Assembly (NCBI GenBank): GCA_022566355.1
Contig: JADFJB010000004.1
Coordinates: forward strand, 15,668 to 79,667
DNA from: Candidatus Zhuqueibacterota bacterium
Lineage (GTDB): Bacteria; Zhuqueibacterota; JdFR-76; DREG01
Reading direction: 5' to 3'
DNA: 64,000 nucleotides
Part shown: positions 1 through 9,514 of the stretch, in pieces
Layout: each line of letters begins with the position of its first letter
Position numbering within the stretch: the stretch's first letter is position 1
Made by a program: the position numbers and the translations under genes
The notes under the pieces: model-generated
What the model was told of the DNA's origin: nothing
Databases searched by the model: none
What the model saw: only the letters and a program-made list of their open reading frames with translations

Positions 1-147
1 CGTGAAGAACTTGAATTTATGGGTCCAATGCGGGTGTCTGAAGTAGAAAATTCCCAGAGGAATATTCTTACAGTTGTGTCTAATCTTGAAGAAAGCGGTG
101 ATATTGTTATTAACAGGGAAGGAAGTGATTCAGATGTCATCGTTTAG
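1..147 (+). CDS. fliG: Flagellar motor switch protein FliG, C-terminal fragment (start lies upstream of the window)
   Basis: Frame +1 from base 1 reads REELEFMGPMRVSEVENSQRNILTVVSNLEESGDIVINREGSDSDVIV, then TAG at 145-147. This matches the typical FliG C-terminal end, and it sits directly upstream of fliH-fliI-fliJ. It is absent from the ORF track because it has no start in the window. Confidence 0.75.
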   Translation, partial: REELEFMGPMRVSEVENSQRNILTVVSNLEESGDIVINREGSDSDVIV

Positions 148-832
148 TATTCCGGTGAAAAGGAAAGTTAAACAAGTCGAGCTTATTTCTCAGAAGATAA
201 CCTGGGAGGATTTTAGCATTCCGCTTAAGAATGTCTCTAAAATAACCAAGCAAGAAGACGAGTTTTCGGAATCAGTTGAGGAGAAAAAGGATTATTTTTC
301 AGATGAAATCCTCAAAGAAGTTAAAGAGGAGGCCTATTCAAGAGGATTCAATGATGGAAAGAAAGAAGGATATGATTCCGGAAAAGAAGCGGGCATATCA
401 GAAATAGAGCCTAAAAGCCGGGTCCTTGAAAATTTGATAAAAGTACTTAAAGACGGGAAAGAGTCATTCTATCGAGAAAATGAGCTTTTTATTGTGAAGC
501 TAGCAATTGAAATTTCAAAAAAGATCATCCATCGAGAACTGAAGCAAAGTCCGGAAATACTGATCTATGTCGTCAGGGAAGCTTTAAGACGAGTAGCCAA
601 CAGTGGACACATTCTCGTGAAAGTAAATCCGGAAGATTTGAAGTTGTTCCAAGCCTTGGATAAAGAAGTGGGGGATCAACTTTCCGCCTTTGAAAGTGTA
701 GATTTTATTTCTGCGGAAGAAATCCAAAGAGGAGGTTGTACTATTGAGTCTGAAGTCGGGATCGTAGATGCCCAATTGGATGTCCAGCTTGAAAAAATCG
801 AACAAATGTTAATTGGAGATATGGATGACTAA
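134..832 (+). CDS. fliH: Flagellar assembly protein FliH
   Basis: ORF 74..832. In-frame ATG at 134 is preferred because it overlaps the fliG stop. Has the EEAYSRGFNDGKKEGYDSGKEAG motif region and a FliH/YscL-like C-terminal half. Lies between fliG and fliI. Confidence 0.8.
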   Translation: MSSFSIPVKRKVKQVELISQKITWEDFSIPLKNVSKITKQEDEFSESVEEKKDYFSDEILKEVKEEAYSRGFNDGKKEGYDSGKEAGISEIEPKSRVLENLIKVLKDGKESFYRENELFIVKLAIEISKKIIHRELKQSPEILIYVVREALRRVANSGHILVKVNPEDLKLFQALDKEVGDQLSAFESVDFISAEEIQRGGCTIESEVGIVDAQLDVQLEKIEQMLIGDMDD

Positions 833-2177
833 TACCAGTTCATATTCTACTAACATTTATGAATTCTATAAAAAACAATTGTCGCAGATAGACCCTATTG
901 TTCAGCGTGGAGAAATATTAAACATTACTGGAAATATAATTGAATCTCGAGGACCGACGGCGGCAATAGGAGATCTTTGCTATATTTTTCCTAAAAACAA
1001 TAAACAAAAGGGAAAAGCAGAGGTTGTTGGATTTAGGAACCATAAAACGTTATTAATGCCATTGCATGAGATGACCGGATATCAACCTGGAACCAAGGTT
1101 GTTTCCAGCCAGGAAAAAATAAATATCTCTGTTGGTGATGAACTATTAGGCCGTGTTTTGAATGGTTTAGGTAAGCCAATTGATGGAAAAGGCCAGGTTC
1201 ATTTTACAGAAAAAAGATCTATCTATAGCGAGCCACCCTCACCACTGCAAAGAAAACCCATCAATGATCCGATCTGGACAGGCATTAAATCTATCGATGC
1301 ATTTACTACCTTCGGTACGGGACAACGAATGGGGATTTTTTCCGGGAGTGGAGTAGGCAAAAGTGTTTTGCTGGGTATGATCGCGAAAAACACTTCAGCA
1401 GATGTCAATATCATCGCAATGATTGGTGAAAGAGGACGGGAGGTTCGTGATTTTATCGAAAATGATTTAGGCGAAGAAGGGCTTAAAAAATCAGTTGTGA
1501 TTGTGGCCACATCAGATGAAATCCCTATCGTCCGTGTGAAAGCAGGATTGATAGCTACTACTATAGCGGAGTTCTTTCGGGATTCTGGTAAGAAGGTAAT
1601 GTTGATGATGGATTCTTTAACACGGGTTGCAATGGCACAAAGAGAAATTGGACTTGCTATTGGAGAACCGCCAACGACAAAAGGCTATACTGCATCCACA
1701 TATTCATTGCTGCCAAAAATGCTTGAAAGAGCCGGTAATACGGCAGTTGGCAGCATAACGGGTTTATATACCGTTCTTGTGGAAGGAGATGATTTTAATG
1801 ACCCTATAGCGGATATGGCTCGTTCTATCCTTGACGGTCATATTGTTTTGGATCGTGATTTAGCCAATAAAGGCCATTATCCGGCTATTGATCCTTTGCA
1901 AAGCAAAAGTCGCGTTATGCCGCAAGTAGTTTCCAAGGAACATCTGAATTTGAGCTATCGATTGACTCATTTGATAGCGACATACAAAGAAGCGGAAGAT
2001 TTAATCAATATTGGTGCATATGTGAAGGGCAGTAATAAAAATATTGATGAATCACTTAAACACATTGACAGTATAAATCGGTTTTTAAAACAAGATGTTA
2101 ACGAAATCATTCCAAAAGATAAAATTCTAGACTTAATGGAAGCATCCATCCAAAATGATACAGGTGAAAAGCCATGA
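825..2177 (+). CDS. fliI: Flagellum-specific ATPase FliI
   Basis: Walker A GSGVGKS and Walker B-like KVMLMMDSLTR, with F1/T3SS-ATPase-like sequence throughout. Start is ATG 825 (GGAGA upstream) or TTG 813. Confidence 0.97.
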   Translation: MTNTSSYSTNIYEFYKKQLSQIDPIVQRGEILNITGNIIESRGPTAAIGDLCYIFPKNNKQKGKAEVVGFRNHKTLLMPLHEMTGYQPGTKVVSSQEKINISVGDELLGRVLNGLGKPIDGKGQVHFTEKRSIYSEPPSPLQRKPINDPIWTGIKSIDAFTTFGTGQRMGIFSGSGVGKSVLLGMIAKNTSADVNIIAMIGERGREVRDFIENDLGEEGLKKSVVIVATSDEIPIVRVKAGLIATTIAEFFRDSGKKVMLMMDSLTRVAMAQREIGLAIGEPPTTKGYTASTYSLLPKMLERAGNTAVGSITGLYTVLVEGDDFNDPIADMARSILDGHIVLDRDLANKGHYPAIDPLQSKSRVMPQVVSKEHLNLSYRLTHLIATYKEAEDLINIGAYVKGSNKNIDESLKHIDSINRFLKQDVNEIIPKDKILDLMEASIQNDTGEKP

Positions 2178-2623
2178 AGAAATTTTCTTTTAAATTAGCG
2201 AAAGTTGCAGAGACAAAAACAATTCAAGTTAAACAAAAATCTCTGGAATTAGCAGAAATGCTCCGCAGTCTTGAAAGCGAGGAAATGGAATTCAATAGAA
2301 TGTCGAATGAGCTGGAAATACTGCACGAGGAAGTTCTGCAACAAAGTGTAAACGGTTGTTCAGCAAAAGAACTCAGGGATTATCAACGCTACATAAATAA
2401 GGTAAGTGCAGAAATTCGTGACCAAAAAAATAGTATGGATAAAATTCAGGATAAAATCGAAGAACTTCAAGTTGGTTTGATGGAGTTGTCAAAGGAAAAA
2501 GAAGTTTTAGAGAAATTGCGAGAGAAGAGATACTTAAAACATTTAAAGGAACAAATCAGAGAAGAACAAAAAATGCTCGATGAAATGACTTTGATCACAA
2601 AAGGGATTAAGAATCTGTTATGA
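2174..2623 (+). CDS. fliJ: Flagellar export chaperone/stalk protein FliJ
   Basis: 149-aa, charged, coiled-coil-type protein. It is translationally coupled (ATGA) to fliI, the canonical fliJ position. Confidence 0.75.
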   Translation: MKKFSFKLAKVAETKTIQVKQKSLELAEMLRSLESEEMEFNRMSNELEILHEEVLQQSVNGCSAKELRDYQRYINKVSAEIRDQKNSMDKIQDKIEELQVGLMELSKEKEVLEKLREKRYLKHLKEQIREEQKMLDEMTLITKGIKNLL

Positions 2624-3216
2624 GAAGGGAAGAAGGGAAAAGCCCGGTCTTTCTTGCAATTGTTCTTTTGCCGTTTTCCTTTTTGGCAACACTGGTATCA
2701 GTCTATGTGGCAATATATGGATTTGAATTACCATTTGAAATTCATATGAAAACGGAAATTTCACAGGGTAAAACGGTATCGTTCGATGAGTTAACATTGT
2801 ATCGAGCCACACTTCTTGACAGCATTAAGTTACTCAGGAATCAAATTGGAACATTAAAAGTGGATAAAGATTCATTTGCGGTCGAAACGGGTGTTTGGCA
2901 AGATTCGCTGTTAAATTTGCAAAATGACAAAAGTCTCATTGAAAGTGAGATTCAGCAATTAACAAATAATTTGAATAAAGTCAAAAATCAGTTTGAGCAA
3001 GAGAAACAAAACAGAATGAACCGCCTTACCAAAATATTTCAATCAATAGAGCAAGAACAAATTGACTCGGTATATGTTGCTCAATTGGACGACGAAACTC
3101 TCATGGATATTTTAGCGCTTGCAAGAGCACAACAAGCTGCTGTGATTTTACAAAAAATTGAACCCAAACGCGCTGCAAAACTAACATCACAATACATTAA
3201 CCCGAGGTTACAATGA
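2620..3216 (+). CDS. YlxF/MotE-like flagellar protein (N-terminal TM segment, coiled coil, MgtE_N-like C-terminal region)
   Basis: Occupies the same position as ylxF between fliJ and fliK in the Bacillus-type fla/che operon. The C-terminal LDDETLMDILALARAQQAAVILQKIEPKRAAKL resembles the MgtE_N/MotE-type helical repeat. Hydrophobic N-terminus. Confidence 0.55.
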   Translation: MRREEGKSPVFLAIVLLPFSFLATLVSVYVAIYGFELPFEIHMKTEISQGKTVSFDELTLYRATLLDSIKLLRNQIGTLKVDKDSFAVETGVWQDSLLNLQNDKSLIESEIQQLTNNLNKVKNQFEQEKQNRMNRLTKIFQSIEQEQIDSVYVAQLDDETLMDILALARAQQAAVILQKIEPKRAAKLTSQYINPRLQ

Positions 3217-6170
3217 CACAACTACTATTTATCCCGGATTCAGCGATCCAGAACTCAAATCTCGGAAATAACATTCAAGATCAAAAGAGTAGCAAAATTG
3301 ACTCATCAAAAAACGAATTTTGGCAAGTATTTGAAAAATTGATTGGTAAATCGCATGTATCATCTTCATTTGCCGGACAAATCGATAGTGATAATTTTAA
3401 CTTCGTGGGAAAGAATTCTTTGTCGGTAATTAAATTTAGCTCGGGAAGAGCTCCATTAACTGGTTTGCAGTCAGTAGAAGCACTTGACTTACCGTTAGAA
3501 TCGTCCAATAGTGCAGTGAAGAATAATTCGTGGTCGTCTATTATTGACCAACTAAAGTCTGAAATTCAAATTACAATTTCGATTAACGATAATAAATCTA
3601 CCGAGTTTAATACTAATAGCAATGAAATTGAAACAGAACCGAAAAAACAATCCGGCAAATTGGAAAGCAAAAACTGGTTGGGTGTTTCACTTTCAAAAGG
3701 TCTGGCAGAAAAGCTTGAAGAAATTCTAAAGCAACATTCCGATCAACCTCAAGTACAATTTTATTCTTCAGTAAATGAAACAAAAAGTTCGAGTTTAGTA
3801 AATGAAAATCCCAGCGAAGAGAAAAAACCAATCGTTCAATCATTTGTATTGCGACATAATAACCAACCTATTACTAATAGCCAAAATACTCAATTAAACA
3901 TTGATGAAGTTCCTTATGGAAATGAATTACTATCGCTATTGGATGGTGAATTTGAATCAACCCCTATCTTGAATAAAACATCTACTGAGTCTTCCCAGGT
4001 GATAGCTTTAATACGTGTGTCAAAAGAAAAATTAAATCAACTGCAGAAAATAAATGTGGAGTCACAACCTTCTACAAACAATGAATTAATTTTACCGATA
4101 AATGAAAGCCTTTTAAAGACTCAATTAACTACCAATGCCAGCGATTCTCCTAATGAATCACAAGTTAACTTTCATCCTTCTAAATTAAATGAAGGCATTT
4201 GGTTACTTTTTACTGATAAATCAAACTCTCCGGATATCTCGGGCAAAAGTAATGCACAGACTGTTAATGAAAGTATAGGTTATGGAAAAATATTGTTGGA
4301 TTTGGATAGCACAACTTTACCCAAAATCGATGAACAGTATTTAGCGGAATTACCTAAACAGGTTCTGGAGAATTTATCCGAAACACTATTACATAATTCT
4401 GATGTTAAAGTGAATGAAGAAGATGGAATACAAGAAATTATCCGGGTCTTAAATTCAGCAGGTTCTGGTGATGATAAAGCTCAAAACATAGAAGAGAGTT
4501 TAAAGCCGAAAAGTACTAATCAGCAAACCACGGCACCTATTCCAAATACTGATAAAGTGAGCGAACTCAGAAATTCAGCAGGTTCTGGTGATGATAAAGC
4601 TCAAAACATAGAAGAGAGTTTAAAGCCTAAAAGTACTAATCAGCAAACCACAGCACCTAATCCAAATACTGAAAAAGTGAGCGAACTCAGAAATTCAGAA
4701 GAAAATGAAGTTACACTTGAAAAAATTAATTTTCCTGAAAAGGTAAAGACAACTGGCTCTGAAGTTCAAAATAGCGAGGATATTGAATCCAAAGACAAAA
4801 TCAAAGGGCCTAACAAATTTGTTTTTATTTCAAACGAAACAATGAAATCTCTATCCAATTTGGCGAGATCTGAAAAAAAGTCGATGAATTTTACTACGAC
4901 TGAGGAGGTTAATTACAAACTGTCTACAGTGAAACTAGATTTAATGAGTGATGTGAATATGCCAAAAGTAAGTTTGGCACAAGCTCAAAATACTAGCCAA
5001 CCAACCAGTAGGACTTTGGAAAATAAACCAATTCCAAGTAAAGAGGGATTGACTCCTGTCGCTGAACTTATCCTTAATTCAGATGAAACGTCTATTGTTA
5101 ATAATGAAATTGGGCCACGCGAAAAGAAGTTGAATTTAAAAGTTTATAGTGAGCCATTCAATCAAGTATCAAATCCACAAAAGAATGCCGGAAACTTGGA
5201 AAAAGTTACTCAAACTCGAGAATTCACTTCGGAGGAAATACAGGAAACTTTAAAAAAACCATTCACCCTATTAAATAGTGAAGATGCGAAAATCGATACT
5301 AATAACAAAGAGAAAAACAAATTGAGCCGGAATACAAATATAAATAGGATTTCAATAGCACAACCTACCCATTCAAACCAGGCGAAAGAAACACCTACTC
5401 AAATGAATAGTTTTCAAGGAATTTCCAGTGAGAAAATAGAAATTACATTTCAGGAGAATCTTCCCAAAAATATAAAAGAATTTGAAAATGCAATAAATTC
5501 AGGCAAGGATGATCAAAAAACTGACTCAATCGGAATTAAGAGTGAAACTGTCATTAATGCTTTGACAAAAGCTCAGCAGGATAAAACTATTGGCAGTGAG
5601 AATAGGCCAACTCAGCCAACACTTAAAAACGATGTCATACAAATGAGTTTTCAGAAAATCGATCAACCGGATAATATTCTCAAAATCCAAAATAATTTTA
5701 ACAAGCCGGCTATTCCATTGAGTAGTGAAAATATCAGAGATGCTATCGAACAGATTGTTCAATCCACCAAACTATATCTCACAAAAGATGCCCAAAAAAT
5801 TTCGGTTCTGCTGAAGCCGGAATTTCTAGGTATGGCAAAAATTGTGGTTGAAAGCTCTGAGAAAGAAGTGAAAGCAATACTGTATATTGAGCGACCCGAA
5901 GTTCGAAATGTATTGGAAAGACAAATAATTCAAATCCATAAGTCATTGCAGGATCAAAATATTCGAGTGGACAAAATAGAAGTTATGGATTTTTCATCCC
6001 AATTTTCGAAGAATGGTACAAATACAACTGGACAGGATGGAAGGCAAATGTTGGAGGCCGATAGACATTTACATGAATTAGGTTCCAAAAATGCAATGGT
6101 TAATCCAGGCATGGGAGACGATTTTAATAAAAGAGATTTTGGTTATAACACAATAGAATTAACAGCTTAA
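3213..6170 (+). CDS. fliK: Flagellar hook-length control protein FliK (unusually long, 985 aa)
   Basis: The C-terminal region ISVLLKPEFLGMAKIVVESSEKEVKAILYIERPEVRNVLERQIIQIHKSLQDQNIRVDKIEV fits the Flg_hook (T3S4) domain pattern. The rest is a long S/N/Q/E/K-rich low-complexity stretch. Lies between fliJ/ylxF and flgD. Confidence 0.8.
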   Translation: MTQLLFIPDSAIQNSNLGNNIQDQKSSKIDSSKNEFWQVFEKLIGKSHVSSSFAGQIDSDNFNFVGKNSLSVIKFSSGRAPLTGLQSVEALDLPLESSNSAVKNNSWSSIIDQLKSEIQITISINDNKSTEFNTNSNEIETEPKKQSGKLESKNWLGVSLSKGLAEKLEEILKQHSDQPQVQFYSSVNETKSSSLVNENPSEEKKPIVQSFVLRHNNQPITNSQNTQLNIDEVPYGNELLSLLDGEFESTPILNKTSTESSQVIALIRVSKEKLNQLQKINVESQPSTNNELILPINESLLKTQLTTNASDSPNESQVNFHPSKLNEGIWLLFTDKSNSPDISGKSNAQTVNESIGYGKILLDLDSTTLPKIDEQYLAELPKQVLENLSETLLHNSDVKVNEEDGIQEIIRVLNSAGSGDDKAQNIEESLKPKSTNQQTTAPIPNTDKVSELRNSAGSGDDKAQNIEESLKPKSTNQQTTAPNPNTEKVSELRNSEENEVTLEKINFPEKVKTTGSEVQNSEDIESKDKIKGPNKFVFISNETMKSLSNLARSEKKSMNFTTTEEVNYKLSTVKLDLMSDVNMPKVSLAQAQNTSQPTSRTLENKPIPSKEGLTPVAELILNSDETSIVNNEIGPREKKLNLKVYSEPFNQVSNPQKNAGNLEKVTQTREFTSEEIQETLKKPFTLLNSEDAKIDTNNKEKNKLSRNTNINRISIAQPTHSNQAKETPTQMNSFQGISSEKIEITFQENLPKNIKEFENAINSGKDDQKTDSIGIKSETVINALTKAQQDKTIGSENRPTQPTLKNDVIQMSFQKIDQPDNILKIQNNFNKPAIPLSSENIRDAIEQIVQSTKLYLTKDAQKISVLLKPEFLGMAKIVVESSEKEVKAILYIERPEVRNVLERQIIQIHKSLQDQNIRVDKIEVMDFSSQFSKNGTNTTGQDGRQMLEADRHLHELGSKNAMVNPGMGDDFNKRDFGYNTIELTA
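4451..4698. repeat. 120-bp tandem duplication inside fliK (2 copies plus 8 nt of a third)
   Basis: 4451-4570 and 4571-4690 differ at only 4 of 120 positions by direct comparison. The duplication is in frame and encodes NSAGSGDDKAQNIEESLKPKSTNQQTTAP(I/N)PNT(D/E)KVSELR twice. Confidence 0.97.
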
Positions 6171-6191
6171 AATTGAAAGGAGGTGAGAAAA

Positions 6192-6872
6192 ATGGAAGTT
6201 CAATCAACTTTGTCAACTTTACCTAATCAAGAGCTGCCGATCTCGGCTGCATCGCAGGATATAATGGGTAAAGAAGATTTTTTGTTGTTACTCGTGGCAC
6301 AGCTTAAAAATCAAGATCCTTTAAGTCCAATGGAGAGTACGGATTTTATCGCACAGTTGGCCCAGTTTAGCTCACTGGAGCAAATCCAAAATATGAATGA
6401 GAAGCTGGGCTTGGGTATTGAAACGGATTTGCTTACCGCTCAATCCATCAACAATTCGATGATTACCTTTCTAATTGGAAAGGAGGTACAAGTTGCCACC
6501 GACCAGGTGCAATTAAGTTCAGACACTGAAGTTGAATTGGGATATATAGTGAGCGAAAGTACAGTAAAAGCGAATTTAAAGGTCTATGATAAAAATGGCA
6601 CGTTGGTCTTTCAAAAGCAAATGGAAGGGTTTAAGCCTGGAACCAATAGTTTTACCTGGGATGGTAAAAATGAAAAAGGAGAATTCATTGGAGATGGCAT
6701 GTACCGTTTTGAAGTCGAATTGACAGACTCAAATGAACAAAGCACAAATGCATTTACCTATTTACAGGGAATTGTATCAGCAATTCGATACTATTCGGAT
6801 GGTGCTTTATTGGAAGTTAATGGTCAAACATTTAGTGTCGGCAATGTTATAGAAGTAAGGTCAGAAGGTTAA
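6192..6872 (+). CDS. flgD: Flagellar hook capping/assembly protein FlgD
   Basis: GKEDFLLLLVAQLKNQDPLSPMESTDFIAQLAQFSSLEQ is the FlgD N-terminal signature, and the C-terminal part is FlgD Ig-like. AGGAGG lies upstream of ATG 6192 (the ORF opens at GTG 6183). Confidence 0.92.
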   Translation: MEVQSTLSTLPNQELPISAASQDIMGKEDFLLLLVAQLKNQDPLSPMESTDFIAQLAQFSSLEQIQNMNEKLGLGIETDLLTAQSINNSMITFLIGKEVQVATDQVQLSSDTEVELGYIVSESTVKANLKVYDKNGTLVFQKQMEGFKPGTNSFTWDGKNEKGEFIGDGMYRFEVELTDSNEQSTNAFTYLQGIVSAIRYYSDGALLEVNGQTFSVGNVIEVRSEG

Positions 6873-6882
6873 GGAAACGAAA

Positions 6883-7290
6883 ATGTCAAATCCAATTAAA
6901 AAACCAGACATGATTATTTCGCCTTTGCCACTTAGGCAGGGCAAGAATGTTCCAGCGCCTACTACCGCTAAACCTCAAAATAGATTCAATAAAGTATTAC
7001 AACGAGAGGTTCGGAAGCAGGAAACAATTCGATTTTCCGCGCATGCTGAAAAACGCCTTAAGTCCAGAAATATCAGTATAAATGAAAGCCAAAGGATGAA
7101 ACTGAACCAGGCTGTCGATACTGCCTCCAGTAAGGGTGTGAAGGATTCCTTGATTTTACTGAATAACCTGGCTTTTGTGGTAAATATAAAAAATCGAATT
7201 GTTGTTACAGCGATGGAACAAAGTCAGCTTAAGGAAGGCATAGTAACCAACATTGATAGTACAATGATTATACCAGATAGTGATGAATAA
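6883..7290 (+). CDS. Small flagellar operon protein (resembles the family found between flgD and flgE in Firmicutes/spirochete-type operons)
   Basis: 135 aa, lying between flgD and flgE. The RFSAHAEKRLKSRNISINESQ motif resembles the 'flagellar operon protein' family (TIGR02530, cited from memory). Confidence 0.5.
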   Translation: MSNPIKKPDMIISPLPLRQGKNVPAPTTAKPQNRFNKVLQREVRKQETIRFSAHAEKRLKSRNISINESQRMKLNQAVDTASSKGVKDSLILLNNLAFVVNIKNRIVVTAMEQSQLKEGIVTNIDSTMIIPDSDE

Positions 7291-7423
7291 ATAAAAATAA
7301 ACAATAATAATTCACAAATTGAGCAGGCCTCCTGGTAATGCAGTATTTGTTGAAAAGCCGGAGATGCTCAAAAGCTGTTGACCGATTGAGACAGCATCAC
7401 AAAAAAAGCAGGAGGTACACACC

Positions 7424-9463
7424 ATGATGCGATCATTGTTTGCCGGCGTATCCGGCATAAAAAACCACCAAATAAAGATGGATGTTATTGGAAATAATAT
7501 TGCCAATATTAATACGGTGGCATTTAAGGCAGGAAGGGTGACATTTTTAGAAGCCTTGTCCTTGACTACAAGAGGGGCAAGCAGGCCAACTGACCAATTA
7601 GGCGGCATTAATCCCAGTCAGATTGGATTGGGGATGCTAATTGGCTCTATTGATTCTGTCTTTAGCCAGGGAAGTTTACAGACGACCGGTATTTCTACGG
7701 ACCTTGCAATTAATGGCGAGGGATTTTTCGTGTTGAGTGATGGTAACAAAACATTCTTTACCCGGGATGGCTCTTTTCGATTCGATGCACAAGGACGTTT
7801 AGTGAGTCCCAGCAATGGTAAAATAGTGCAAGGTAAGCTTGCAGATGCTAATGGAATTATTCAAAAGGGAGCTGTCCTTTCAAATATCATTTTGCCTTTT
7901 GGTCAACAATTGGCAGCTAAAGCCACTGCTAAAGTCAATTTTACCGGTAATTTGGATGCAAGTGATACACCCCTGGGTACTATTATGGAAACCCGTTCAA
8001 TGTTAGCAATTGAAGAAGCCGGGGATAATTCTGACCTGAATGGACTATTTGCCCAGGGAAATGCAAATTCGGAAGTTATAGGGTTAAATCCAGGACTATC
8101 CAACATCACAGTCAGTGATGGAACGACTACCAAAGTTTATACATATGTGGCTGTTGATACTGGTGCTAATAATGATGATTTTAACTCTATAGATGATTTG
8201 CTTACCGAAATTAATGCAGATTATGTCGGATCATTCAGTGCAACATTACAAGCAGATGGTTCAATTTTGATGCAAGATCTTTCAGGAAGCTCCCATCAAT
8301 TGACTTTTACCAGTGATAATAATACGGTAAATTCAGCGTTTATTTCTGCAAATGGGGTCGTGGACAGCTCCACGGGAGCGACAATCCGCACTGACAAGTT
8401 CTCACACATTGCAACTGCAAAGGAAGAGTTAACCAAACTAAGGAATTCGATTGGAATTTCGTTAGGACTAAATGTAGGTGATGACATTATTATTAGCGCT
8501 GCAGTAGCTGGTACTAATGTGTCCAACGCGTTTACCATTGGCGCAACCAGTACTTTGAGTGATTTATCGTCTAGTGTTAAAACTACATTTGGAATTAGTG
8601 ATCTTAATGGTGTAACCATTGATTCCGATGGTTCTTTAAGAATTGCTAGTGACCCAGGAAAAACAAATGAATTAACGGCGGTTACCATCAGGGTAACAGG
8701 AAATAGTACTTTTAATACTGTCACTACAGTTAATGAACTGCAAAGTGCTAGAGATGCTTTCCACACTACAAGTATTACTGTGTATGACAAGTTAGGACAA
8801 GATCATGTATTAACAATGACATACACCAAATCTAACATTAAAAACCAGTGGAATTGGGAAGTTACTTTGGATAATAATCAAGTGGTTTCTTCCGGTAATA
8901 AGGGGATTGTTACTTTTAATTCCGATGGATCTCTTAACTCTTTTACTTATGAAAACGGTGTTCAGGCGCTTGAATTTGACCCAGGAACCGGAGCAGAAAC
9001 CATGAGAATCCAGTTTAATGTTGGTGAACGAGGCGGTCTGAATGGTCTATCACAATTCTCTTCTTTCAGTAATGCTGTTGCGAATTTCCAAGACGGTAAT
9101 CCCAGTGGCGATTTGGTGAGTGTGAGTTTTGACCAGTCAGGTAAAATAGAAGGCCATTTTTCAAACGGAATAAATAGAACATTGGCGCAAATTTCATTGG
9201 CAAAATTCACAAATCCAAGTGGTCTCAGTAGAACCGGTGGAAATTTCTATGTTGAAACCTCTGCAAGTGGTTTACCATTTATCGGAACAGCTACTGAAAA
9301 TTTCGGTTCTCAGATAAATACCGGCACTTTAGAAATGTCAAATGTTAATCTTGCGCAGGAATTTACCGATATGATAATAGCACAAAGAGGTTTTCAGGCG
9401 AACTCTAGGGTAATAACTACTAGTGATGAATTATTACAAGAGTTGGTTAACCTTAAGCGATAA
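7424..9463 (+). CDS. flgE: Flagellar hook protein FlgE (679 aa, large central insertion)
   Basis: N-terminal MMRSLFAGVSGIKNHQIKMDVIGNNIANINTVAFK and C-terminal LEMSNVNLAQEFTDMIIAQRGFQANSRVITTSDELLQELVNLKR are the conserved flagellar basal-body rod/hook terminal segments. Confidence 0.96.
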   Translation: MMRSLFAGVSGIKNHQIKMDVIGNNIANINTVAFKAGRVTFLEALSLTTRGASRPTDQLGGINPSQIGLGMLIGSIDSVFSQGSLQTTGISTDLAINGEGFFVLSDGNKTFFTRDGSFRFDAQGRLVSPSNGKIVQGKLADANGIIQKGAVLSNIILPFGQQLAAKATAKVNFTGNLDASDTPLGTIMETRSMLAIEEAGDNSDLNGLFAQGNANSEVIGLNPGLSNITVSDGTTTKVYTYVAVDTGANNDDFNSIDDLLTEINADYVGSFSATLQADGSILMQDLSGSSHQLTFTSDNNTVNSAFISANGVVDSSTGATIRTDKFSHIATAKEELTKLRNSIGISLGLNVGDDIIISAAVAGTNVSNAFTIGATSTLSDLSSSVKTTFGISDLNGVTIDSDGSLRIASDPGKTNELTAVTIRVTGNSTFNTVTTVNELQSARDAFHTTSITVYDKLGQDHVLTMTYTKSNIKNQWNWEVTLDNNQVVSSGNKGIVTFNSDGSLNSFTYENGVQALEFDPGTGAETMRIQFNVGERGGLNGLSQFSSFSNAVANFQDGNPSGDLVSVSFDQSGKIEGHFSNGINRTLAQISLAKFTNPSGLSRTGGNFYVETSASGLPFIGTATENFGSQINTGTLEMSNVNLAQEFTDMIIAQRGFQANSRVITTSDELLQELVNLKR

Positions 9464-9483
9464 TAACGCATAATGAGTAGGAT

Positions 9484-9506
9484 GGGCAGCCCTGTTTGGG
9501 CTGCCC
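9484..9506 (+). promoter_or_regulatory. Perfect 9-bp GC-rich stem-loop between flgE and flbD
   Basis: GGGCAGCCC-tgttt-GGGCTGCCC at 9484-9506, which is 21 nt after the flgE stop. No U-tract follows on either strand. Confidence 0.6.
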
Positions 9507-9514
9507 AAATAAAT

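Noticed and set aside
8296-8790. 164-aa minus-strand ORF inside flgE, and similar antisense ORFs at 7312-7608, 7618-7815, 7903-8133 and 8962-9210
   Set aside because: They lie entirely antisense to a strongly supported flgE reading frame. Their composition is low-complexity and typical of shadow ORFs, with no motifs.
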